A stretch of DNA of 30,111 nucleotides from contig CAZLYV010000003.1 of assembly GCA_964563665.1 (NCBI GenBank), positions 9,996-40,106 on the forward strand, in the 5' to 3' direction. The notes under the pieces were generated by a model. It saw only the letters and a list, made by a program, of their open reading frames with translations. It searched no databases and was not told the DNA's origin. Numbering within the stretch: the stretch's first letter is position 1; each line of letters begins with the position of its first letter. This DNA is from an uncultured Acetobacteraceae bacterium (GTDB taxonomy: Bacteria > Pseudomonadota > Alphaproteobacteria > CACIAM-22H2). Shown piece after piece: positions 19,075 to 26,292 of the stretch. Both the position numbers and the translations under genes were made by a program.

Positions 19075-19094
19075 CGCTGAGGAATTCGATCCCC
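19073..19094 (-). repeat. Second, degenerate copy of the tRNA-Thr T-arm
   Basis: TGAGGAATTCGATCCCC (19078-94) versus TGAGGGATTCGAACCCC (19035-51 and 19980-96) is 15/17 identical. It is preceded by GCCGC versus GCCGGA. Confidence 0.55.
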
Positions 19095-19121
19095 TTGCCC
19101 GGTGCCGCCGTAAAGTGTAAC

Positions 19122-19151
19122 TTGACAGGCATCAACGCTGCCAGATACCAT
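19122..19151 (+). promoter_or_regulatory. higBA promoter (probably leaderless) with a possible operator inverted repeat
   Basis: TTGACA (19122-27), 18-bp spacer, TACCAT (19146-51). The ATG at 19157 is 5 nt after the -10 element with no SD sequence. GGCA-N7-TGCC lies at 19128-19142. Confidence 0.6.
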
Positions 19152-19156
19152 TTTTC

Positions 19157-19447
19157 ATGAAGATTCGAAACGTGATCCATAAGGGGTTGAAGCGCTTTAT
19201 CGAGAAAGACGACGTGTTGGGCATTCAGGCTGCCTTTGTCGAGAAAATCCGCAACATCGTCTCGTTTCTCCAGGAGATGGAGGCTGTCGATGAGCTGCAC
19301 GAAATCCCGGGTTGGAAAGCCCATCGACTCACCGGCGCGCGCAGGGGAACCTGGAGCCTGACTGTCACCCGCAACTGGCGGATCACGTTCCGGATCGATG
19401 AGATGGAAGACGAGGTCGTCGATCTCGACTATGAGGATTATCACTAG
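19157..19447 (+). CDS. higB: HigB family mRNA interferase toxin (RelE superfamily, plasmid maintenance killer type)
   Basis: 96 aa. MKIRNVIHKGLKRF...WKAHRLTGARRGTWSLTVTRNWRITFR...LDYEDYH is the classic signature. Toxin-first gene order. Confidence 0.95.
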   Translation: MKIRNVIHKGLKRFIEKDDVLGIQAAFVEKIRNIVSFLQEMEAVDELHEIPGWKAHRLTGARRGTWSLTVTRNWRITFRIDEMEDEVVDLDYEDYH

Positions 19448-19458
19448 GAGCCACCAAC

Positions 19459-19806
19459 ATGATGCGCATGGCCCATCCCAGCCATCCGGGGCGGTTTATC
19501 AGGATGGAAGTCATCGAGCCCCTGGGACTTTCCGTAACGGACGCCGCAAAGGCCCTCGGCGTGACTCGCCCCGCGCTCTCGGCGCTCTTGAACGGTCGCG
19601 CCGCGCTGTCGCCAGAGATGGCGCTACGTATCGAAAAGGCTTTCGGTCCGAAGATGGATACGCTTCTTCGCATGCAGACCGCGTTCGAGATATTCGAAGC
19701 GCGCAAGCGTGAAGGGGATATCAATACCAAGCGCTACATCGCGAAGGAGCGCAAGCCGCACGCGGGCCCAAAGGCTGCGCGCGAAGCTCGACCCGAATAT
19801 GATTAA
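19459..19806 (+). CDS. higA: HigA family antitoxin (XRE HTH)
   Basis: HPSHPGRFIR...LGLSVTDAAKALGVTRPALSALLNG...LSPEMALRIEKAFG...LLRMQ. AGGAG RBS. Confidence 0.95.
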   Translation: MMRMAHPSHPGRFIRMEVIEPLGLSVTDAAKALGVTRPALSALLNGRAALSPEMALRIEKAFGPKMDTLLRMQTAFEIFEARKREGDINTKRYIAKERKPHAGPKAAREARPEYD

Positions 19807-19969
19807 GATGCGGATGGACCGGCTTCTCCGCGTCTCGTTCCGGATGGAACAACATGCATCTGGACGCGAATCCGACGCGGCATAGTAACGATGAGCCGAT
19901 CGAGAGGTACTCCCAGAAAGCGCCCGAATCGTTCCGGCAGTTAAAATCATGCGTACAGGGCGACCAAGC

Positions 19970-20044
19970 TGGTGCCGGATGAGGGATTCGAACCCCCGAC
20001 CAACGGTTTACAAAACCGCTGCTCTACCCCTGAGCTAATCCGGC
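19970..20044 (-). tRNA. tRNA-Thr (anticodon UGU), 75 nt, CCA encoded
   Basis: Reverse complement GCCGGATTAGCTCAGGGGTAGAGCAGCGGTTTTGTAAACCGTTGGTCGGGGGTTCGAATCCCTCATCCGGCACCA folds into a cloverleaf. Anticodon loop TTTGTAA, T-loop TTCGAAT. Confidence 0.97.
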
Positions 20045-20132
20045 GCCGGGAGCGCTTGAATATCGAGCTTGGGAATACCCGAAAACGCCCCTGCCGTCCA
20101 ATCGAGGCCCGTCGGCCCCGCGGCGGCGCGCC

Positions 20133-22547
20133 TCAGCCCAGGATCTGCTTGCGCTCGGGATCGTAGGGCGCCTTGTCGATTCGGGCGGCCGGGACGCGCT
20201 CGCCAAACGCCTCGATCTCGTAGTCGCCGTGCCCGGCCTCTTCGCTCGGGACATAGCCGAAGACAATGCTGCGGCCGATCGTGTGGCCATAGCCGCCGCT
20301 GGTCGTCATGCCCAGCACCTTGCCCGCCCGCCAGATCGCCTCGCCGCCATAGACCGACACCGGACGCTCGAGCACGAACATGCAAAGCTTGCGCCGCACA
20401 CCCTGCTCCTTGGCCCGCACGAGTGCGTCGCGGCCGATGAAATCGCCCTTCTTGAGCGCGACGCAGAACCCGAGACCGGCTTCGTAGGGCGTGTAGTCGG
20501 GGGTGATGTCGGCGCCCCAATAGAGATAACGCTTCTCGAGCCGGCAGGTCTCGATCGCCCGATAGCCGGCATCGGCGATGCCGAACTCCACGCCGGCGCG
20601 CCACAGAAGCTCGTAGACATGTGCCGCATATTCGGTTGGCGTGTGCAGCTCCCAGCCGAGCTCGCCCACATAGGTGATGCGGATCGCCAGCACGGGGGCA
20701 TAACCGATCCGGATCTCGCGCGCGCCCATGAACGGAAAGCCTTGGTTGCTGACGTCGCCGTCGGCGACCTTCTCCAACACCTTGCGCGAGAGCGGTCCGC
20801 CGATATTGATCACCGCGCGGGCCGAGGTGACGTCGCGCATGACGATCGCGCCGTCGCGCGGCAGGTGCGATTCGATCCAGTGGCCGTCGCGCACGCCAAA
20901 GCCGCTGCCGGTGACGACGTAGAAGCTGTTTTCGCCCGTGCGCGAAATCGTCAGATCGGCCTCGATTCCGCCGCGCTCGTTGCAGAGCTGGGTGTAAATG
21001 GCCGTCCCCAGCGGCCTGTCGAGGTTGTTGGCGGCGATGCGCTGCAACGCCTTGAACGCGCCCGGCCCGCCGATCTCGAACTTGGAAAACGAGCTCTGAT
21101 CGAACAGGGCCACGCGCTCGCGCACCGCCTGGTGCTCGCGCGCCACGTGGGCAAACCAGTTCGGCCGCCCCTCGAACGACGGCGCGTCCTCGGGCGCGAC
21201 GCTGGCCGGCGCGAACCAGTTGGGTCGCTCCCAGCCGAAGCGCGAGCCGAACACCGCGCCCTTTCCGGCGAGAATCGGATAAAGCGGGCTACGCCGGCCG
21301 CCGCGGCCCGAGTGCATCTCCTCGACCGGCCAATGGATGCAGTAATAGCGGTAATAGCTCTCGACCGCGCGTTCGTAGCGGTAGCGCCGGCTCATGTGGT
21401 GGTGGCCGAAGCGGCGGACATCGAAGGCCCACAGATCGAGCTCCGGCTCGCCGTGAACGATCCATTGCGCGAGCGCGCGCCCGGCGCCGCCGCTCGCCGC
21501 GATGCCGGAGGTGAACCCGCATGCGAGGTAAAAATTATCGAGCTCGGGCGCCTTGCCCATGATCGGTTCGCCATCGGGCGAGATCGGGATCGGGCCGTTG
21601 ATCAGGTTGCGGATGCCGAGCCGCTCGAGGATCGGCAGGCGCGCCGCCGCCGGCACGACGATCTGCTCGAAGCGCTCGAAGTTGGACGCCAGCAGCTCGC
21701 GCCCGAAATCGAACGACACGCCGGTGCGCCCGAACGGCACCGTGTTCGGCTCCCAGCCGCCCACCGCGAGCGCGCCGACGTCGGGCTTGAGATAGAAGCC
21801 TTTGTCGGGGTCGCGCAGGGTCGGCAGATCGCGCGGGATCTCGGGCGATTTCTCGGTCACCATGTACTGGTGCTCGACGGCGACCGCTGGCACCCGCACG
21901 CCCGCCATTTCGCCGATGCGATCGGCCCACATGCCGGCCGCGTTGACGACGATTTCGCAGGCGATTGCGCCCTGGTCGGTCAGCACGCGTGTCGCCCGGC
22001 GGTCCTTGACCTCGATGCCGATGACGCGCACGCCCTCGAGCATTTTTACGCCGCCGCCGCGCGCGCCCTTGGCGAGCGCCATGGTGAGGCTCGTCGGATC
22101 GATGTAGCCGTCGCCCGGCACGAACACCGCGCCCACGACACCGTCCGCCGACATCAGCGGGAAGATCTTCTTGGCTTCCTCGGGCGACATCGGATGGATG
22201 TCGAAGCCGAAGCTGCGCGCCGTGGTGACCGACCGCTTGAGCTCACTCCAGCGCGCCTCCGAGGAAGCGAGCCGCAAGCTTCCCACCGGGCGCCAGTCGG
22301 TCTGTTGCCCGGTTTCGTCGGCGAGCCGGCCATAGAGCTCGGCGCTGTACTGCATCAGGCGCGTCAAGTTGCGCTTGCTGCGAAGTTGGCCGACGAGACC
22401 CGCGGCGTGCCACGTCGCGCCATGGGTAAGGCCGCTTTTTTCGACCAGCACGACGTCCCGCTCGCCCTCCTTGGCGAGATGGTAGGCGATCGAACAGCCG
22501 ATTGCCCCGCCGCCGATGATGACAATTCGAGCCCGCTCAGGAATCAC
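20133..22547 (-). CDS. GcvT-family FAD-dependent oxidoreductase (dimethylglycine/sarcosine dehydrogenase-like, with folate-binding C-terminal domains)
   Basis: 804 aa. IIGGGAIGCSIAYHL Rossmann fold, TWHAAG (covalent-flavin His motif), EHQYMVTE, FGWERPNWF, DQSSFSKF, TYVGELGWELH and RLEKRY. GTG start with a GGGAG RBS. Confidence 0.93.
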   Translation of the reverse strand: MIPERARIVIIGGGAIGCSIAYHLAKEGERDVVLVEKSGLTHGATWHAAGLVGQLRSKRNLTRLMQYSAELYGRLADETGQQTDWRPVGSLRLASSEARWSELKRSVTTARSFGFDIHPMSPEEAKKIFPLMSADGVVGAVFVPGDGYIDPTSLTMALAKGARGGGVKMLEGVRVIGIEVKDRRATRVLTDQGAIACEIVVNAAGMWADRIGEMAGVRVPAVAVEHQYMVTEKSPEIPRDLPTLRDPDKGFYLKPDVGALAVGGWEPNTVPFGRTGVSFDFGRELLASNFERFEQIVVPAAARLPILERLGIRNLINGPIPISPDGEPIMGKAPELDNFYLACGFTSGIAASGGAGRALAQWIVHGEPELDLWAFDVRRFGHHHMSRRYRYERAVESYYRYYCIHWPVEEMHSGRGGRRSPLYPILAGKGAVFGSRFGWERPNWFAPASVAPEDAPSFEGRPNWFAHVAREHQAVRERVALFDQSSFSKFEIGGPGAFKALQRIAANNLDRPLGTAIYTQLCNERGGIEADLTISRTGENSFYVVTGSGFGVRDGHWIESHLPRDGAIVMRDVTSARAVINIGGPLSRKVLEKVADGDVSNQGFPFMGAREIRIGYAPVLAIRITYVGELGWELHTPTEYAAHVYELLWRAGVEFGIADAGYRAIETCRLEKRYLYWGADITPDYTPYEAGLGFCVALKKGDFIGRDALVRAKEQGVRRKLCMFVLERPVSVYGGEAIWRAGKVLGMTTSGGYGHTIGRSIVFGYVPSEEAGHGDYEIEAFGERVPAARIDKAPYDPERKQILG

Positions 22548-22586
22548 GATCCCGCTCCCGTCGTCGCCGGTTGTTGATTTTGGCGG

Positions 22587-23858
22587 TTACTCTGCGGCGT
22601 GCGCGACCGGGCTCCAGCCCCCCGCCTCGTGCAGGTACCACTCGACGAAGTGGGCGACGTTGCGCTCCTTGGTAAGCGAGTAGGGACCAGGCCGGAAGCG
22701 CGGCGAGCTGACGCCGGCCTGCTGGTTCTTGCAGATCTGCCAGTCCTGCTCCGAAGTGAGCCGCCACACCGGCAACAGGCGGTCGAGCGTGTAGTCCTTG
22801 CCCTCGACCGCGTCCTGGTGGACGAACCACATCACGCGGATATGGCACATCGCCGGGCCGACCGGCGTGATGCGCGTCGCCACCGCGTGGTCGTCGTTGG
22901 CGTGCTGCCAGAAATTGGGGAAGATCGTGATGCGGAGCGTGCCGGCGTCGCGCTCCTTGAAATCGCCCATCAGCGGCGCCACCGGCTTGCCATCGAGGCT
23001 CTGGGTGGTGAAACCCTTCATCAGCGGCGTACGGTGACAACGATAAAACGCCCCGGTCATCGCCGACGACGCGTCGCCCTCGTCGAGGCCGAGCGCGCGG
23101 AAGCGGGCGTTACTCTCGGCGATCAGCGCCTCCAATTCCGCCTGGAGCCTGGGGTTGCCATGCGCCTCGTCGCGCAGCACGTCGTAGGTCGCCTTGTTGT
23201 ATTCGGGGTGATTGGGCGGGCAGTGGTAGCACTCGCGATTGTTCTCGAAGACGAGCTTCCAGTTCGCCGGCACCTCGTAATCGATCTGGTGGGCAAGCTT
23301 GGCGCGCTCCATCCCGTGCGGCTTGAGGCGTCGCGCGATATCGCGCGCGGCGGATTCGAAATCGGGCGGGTTGTCGGCGAGCGAGAAGAAGATCAGGCCT
23401 GCAACGTTGCTGACCGGCACCGGTTGGAGCGAGAGTTCGGCGCGATCGACGCCGAACTCGGGCTTGGTGTTCATCATCAGCCGGCCATCGAGGTCATAGG
23501 TCCAGCGGTGATAGGGGCAGGCGAGGTGCGTCGAGTGGCCCTTCTCGGTATTGCAGATGCGCGAGCCGCGGTGCCGGCAGGTGTTGTGGAACGCCTTGAT
23601 ATCGCCCTTGTGGTCGCGCACGACGATGATCGAGAAGCCGCCGATCTGATAGGTGAACCAATCGCCGGGCCGGGGAATGGTGCAGGCGTGACCGGCGTAG
23701 AGCCACGCGCGTCCGAAGACGCGTTCCATGTCGATCGCGAACACGTCGGGACTGACGTAGAACGGTCCCGGTAGCGGCCGGTTCGCGTGATAGCCGCGCA
23801 CTAGAGCGGAAAAGTACTCCGAACGGGCCTTGTCGGCGGGAGCAATCGGGCTGGTCAT
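22587..23858 (-). CDS. Rieske non-heme iron oxygenase alpha subunit, quaternary-amine N-demethylase type (GbcA/Stc2-like)
   Basis: Rieske motif CRH-x17-CPYH. Mononuclear-iron region NWKLVFENNRECYHC...HPE and QDWQIC, plus the C-terminal GPYS...ERNVAHFVEWY, are characteristic of the glycine betaine/stachydrine demethylase group. Confidence 0.9.
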   Translation of the reverse strand: MTSPIAPADKARSEYFSALVRGYHANRPLPGPFYVSPDVFAIDMERVFGRAWLYAGHACTIPRPGDWFTYQIGGFSIIVVRDHKGDIKAFHNTCRHRGSRICNTEKGHSTHLACPYHRWTYDLDGRLMMNTKPEFGVDRAELSLQPVPVSNVAGLIFFSLADNPPDFESAARDIARRLKPHGMERAKLAHQIDYEVPANWKLVFENNRECYHCPPNHPEYNKATYDVLRDEAHGNPRLQAELEALIAESNARFRALGLDEGDASSAMTGAFYRCHRTPLMKGFTTQSLDGKPVAPLMGDFKERDAGTLRITIFPNFWQHANDDHAVATRITPVGPAMCHIRVMWFVHQDAVEGKDYTLDRLLPVWRLTSEQDWQICKNQQAGVSSPRFRPGPYSLTKERNVAHFVEWYLHEAGGWSPVAHAAE

Positions 23859-24046
23859 CTCTGTCGTCTCCTGGACTTCGGGAAGCGTCGCGTCGGGACG
23901 TACGATGGCGTCCGGCGCGTGCCGGGTTTATGTTTGTTTTCCGACCCTTGCGGATCGCAAGCTTTCGCCCCCGGACGGTGCTTGAGCGGGATCAATTATC
24001 ACATCGCCGGGTGCTATGGTACGCGCCGAAAACTTGGTCTTTGGCC

Positions 24047-24059
24047 TAGGGAAGACTTA
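24047..24059. promoter_or_regulatory. Possible LysR T-N11-A recognition site at the lysR start codon
   Basis: TAGGGAAGACTTA overlaps the ATG A, a typical position for LysR autoregulation. The motif has low information content. Confidence 0.3.
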
Positions 24060-24955
24060 TGGCGATTTTGCCCCGCCGTCGCCGCCTGCCGCCGCTCAAC
24101 TGGCTGCGCGCCTTCGAGAGCGCGGCCCGCCACTTGAGCTTCACCGACGCCGGCGAGGAGCTTGGCGTCACGCAGGCGGCGGTGAGCCAGCAGGTGCGGC
24201 AGCTCGAGGACTGGCTCGGCGCCCAACTGTTCAAGCGGTTGTCGCGTGGGCTGGCGTTGACCGACGCCGGGATCGCCTATCTGCCGACCGTGCGCGAAGG
24301 CATCGACCGGCTCGATATCGGAACCGAGCAAATTTTCGGCCGGCTGGGCCGCCGGCCGGTGACGCTGCGCGCAAGCGCGAGCGTGGCGGCGCTGTGGCTT
24401 GGTCCACGGCTGGTCGAGCTTCGCCGTGCGCATCCGGAGATCACGCTCCGCGTGACGACGCTGTACGCCCCGGTCGATTTCGGTCAGGACGGGGTCGATA
24501 TCGAGATTCGCTACGGCGCCGGGGCGTGGCCGGGCGTGCGCGCCTACAAGCTGTTCGATGAATCGTACTTCCCGGTGGCAAGCCAAAAATATCTGAAGAA
24601 GGGGCCGCCGCTCGCTCGGCCGGCCGATCTGCCTCGTCACCGGCTGATCCATGTGCTCGGCGAGCGCGAGGGATGGGGAAACTACTTCCAGCATGTCGGC
24701 GTCAGCGGATTGCCGCTGTCCGAGGGGCTGCAATGCGACAGCCTGATCGTGGCGCTCCAGAGCTGCATCGCCGGGGGCGGCGTGGCGCTGGCGACAGCGC
24801 CGCTCGCCGAGCCGATGCTGGGCCAAAACATGCTGATCGATGTATTCAAGACCCGCGTGAAGGCGCGGCTCGCCCACCATCTCATCGTGCCCGATGCCGG
24901 CGAACCGCCGCGCGAAATCGCCAGCGTCGTCGCATGGCTCGTCGGAAATCCTTAA
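24059..24955 (+). CDS. LysR family transcriptional regulator, GcvA/AmpR subfamily
   Basis: RLPPLNWLRAFESAARHLSFTDAGEELGVTQAAVSQQVRQLE HTH, WLGPRL and DIEIRYGAG. Divergent from the Rieske-GcvT pair. Confidence 0.93.
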   Translation: MAILPRRRRLPPLNWLRAFESAARHLSFTDAGEELGVTQAAVSQQVRQLEDWLGAQLFKRLSRGLALTDAGIAYLPTVREGIDRLDIGTEQIFGRLGRRPVTLRASASVAALWLGPRLVELRRAHPEITLRVTTLYAPVDFGQDGVDIEIRYGAGAWPGVRAYKLFDESYFPVASQKYLKKGPPLARPADLPRHRLIHVLGEREGWGNYFQHVGVSGLPLSEGLQCDSLIVALQSCIAGGGVALATAPLAEPMLGQNMLIDVFKTRVKARLAHHLIVPDAGEPPREIASVVAWLVGNP

Positions 24956-25164
24956 GCCGGGCGGAGTCGTAGCAATGGCCAGGCGCTTGACAGGAATATG
25001 CAATACGCGCTGACTCATACCTACCGCGCCGGCCGTCCGACGCGAGGAAGGCGTGGCTTAAATTTGCCGGGGATATCCGCCGCTCCTGTGGCGGAGAGTT
25101 TCAGCCGAACGCATAATGGACATCCGGCACGGATCGAGACATATCGAGGAAGGGGAGACCGTCA

Positions 25165-26217
25165 ATGACTAAACGATCGATCACATGGGTGCTCGGCGGG
25201 ATATTCGCCGCCACGAGCATGCTTGCCTTGGCCGCCGGCCTGAGCGGCGAGGCGGCGGCGCAGGGCAAGACGCGGCTTTCCGTCTACACCGCGCTCGAGA
25301 ACGACCAGCTTGGTCCATACAAGCAGGCGTTCGAGGCCGACAATCCGGATGTCGAGATCGGCTGGGTACGCGATTCGACCGGCATCATCACCGCCCGTTT
25401 TTTGGCCGAGAAGGACAATCCGCGCGCGGACATCATCTGGGGCCTCGGCGCCTCGAGCATCGCGCTGTTCGATTCGATGGGCCTTCTGCATCCCTATAGT
25501 CCGAAGGGCTCCGCCGCGCTGAAACCGGCCTTCCGCGACAGCAAGGTCCCGGCGGCATGGACGGGCATGGACGCGTGGTTGTCGGTCATCTGCTACAACA
25601 CCGTCGAGGGGCCGAAGAAGAATATCTCCAAACCGGCGGCGTGGGCCGATCTCGTGAAGTCCGAATACAAGGACCAGATCGTGATGCCCAATCCGGCCTC
25701 GTCGGGCACCGGGTATCTCACGGTCTTCGCCTGGATCCAGATCATGGGCGAGAAGGCGGCTTGGGATTACATGGACAAGCTGCACCAGAACATCGCCGTC
25801 TATACGCATTCCGGCTCCGCGCCGTGCGTGCAGTCGGCGCGCGGCGAGCGGGTGATCGGCATCGCCTTCGACATGCGGGGCGCCAGCGAGAAGAGCAAGG
25901 GCGCGCCGATCGACATCGTCGTGCCGAAGGAAGGTGCGGGCTGGGACATGGAAGCGACCGCGATCGTCAAGGGCACCAAGAACCTGGCGGCGGCGCAAAA
26001 GCTCGCCGATTTTGCGGTAAGCCTGAAAGCCTACGAAATGTACGGCAAGTACTACGCGATCGTCGGCTATCCGGGGCTCAGCCCGGCGCCGCCGAACTAC
26101 CCGCCCAATGTCGAGCCGGCGATGGTGAAGATCGACCTCGCCCAGATGGGCAAGGAGCGCGAGCGCATCCTCGCCGAGTGGTCGAAGCGCTACGACGCCA
26201 AGTCGGCGCCGAAGTGA
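25165..26217 (+). CDS. Putative 2-aminoethylphosphonate ABC transporter substrate-binding protein (PhnS2/AepX-like)
   Basis: Signal peptide followed by LSVYTALENDQL, WVRDSTGIITAR...AEKDNPRADIIWG, WTGMDAW, MPNPASSGTG, YTHSGSAPC and GWDMEATAI, which I recognise as this family. Confidence 0.82.
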   Translation: MTKRSITWVLGGIFAATSMLALAAGLSGEAAAQGKTRLSVYTALENDQLGPYKQAFEADNPDVEIGWVRDSTGIITARFLAEKDNPRADIIWGLGASSIALFDSMGLLHPYSPKGSAALKPAFRDSKVPAAWTGMDAWLSVICYNTVEGPKKNISKPAAWADLVKSEYKDQIVMPNPASSGTGYLTVFAWIQIMGEKAAWDYMDKLHQNIAVYTHSGSAPCVQSARGERVIGIAFDMRGASEKSKGAPIDIVVPKEGAGWDMEATAIVKGTKNLAAAQKLADFAVSLKAYEMYGKYYAIVGYPGLSPAPPNYPPNVEPAMVKIDLAQMGKERERILAEWSKRYDAKSAPK

Positions 26218-26246
26218 TTGGCACGAACGCGTAATGCCTGAAGGAA

Positions 26247-26282
26247 CCCGGCGTCCGTCCCCAAGCAGGGACGGGCGCTGGG
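26247..26282 (+). other. Stable intercistronic hairpin between the SBP and ATPase genes
   Basis: CCCGGCGTCCGTCCC-CAAGCA-GGGACGGGCGCTGGG forms a 15-bp stem with 2 G:U pairs and has no U-tract. Confidence 0.6.
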
Positions 26283-26292
26283 CCCGTCATTC

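Larger units (their letters stand above)
19025..20000. mobile_element. Minimal tRNA-Thr-anchored island (repeat spacing 945 bp) carrying only higBA, with no integrase
   Basis: Flanking direct repeats of the tRNA 3' end. Hand-counted GC is about 54% over 19141-19440 versus about 69% over 20161-20340. No integrase or transposase ORF lies between or next to the repeats. Confidence 0.75.

Noticed and set aside
19025-19100. Possible second functional tRNA (loop TTCGAAA would read as anticodon CGA)
   Set aside because: The anticodon stem GCCGT/ACCAT has two mismatches, and there is no D-arm or 5' acceptor strand. It is an att-like fragment.
19807-19969. Integrase remnant or small cargo gene between higA and the tRNA
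   Set aside because: Only a 25-codon ORF on plus (from 19808) and an antisense ORF overlapping higA are present. No tyrosine- or serine-recombinase motifs are visible by eye; tblastn could still detect a remnant.
24975-25003. PHO-box-like CTGTCAA-N4-CTGGCCA on the minus strand upstream of the AepX-like gene
   Set aside because: The second repeat matches only 4 of 7 positions, it faces away from the transporter, and the first repeat is simply the reverse complement of TTGACAG.
25091-25120. Glycine riboswitch-like GGAGAG...GCCGAA words near a GcvT/GcvA neighbourhood
   Set aside because: It lacks the CUCAGG/AAAGG elements and the P2/P3 stems of the glycine aptamer.
7847-26232. Shared CGAACGCGT shortly after two binding-protein stop codons (7848 and 26224)
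   Set aside because: A GC-rich 9-mer seen only twice with divergent flanks is likely chance.
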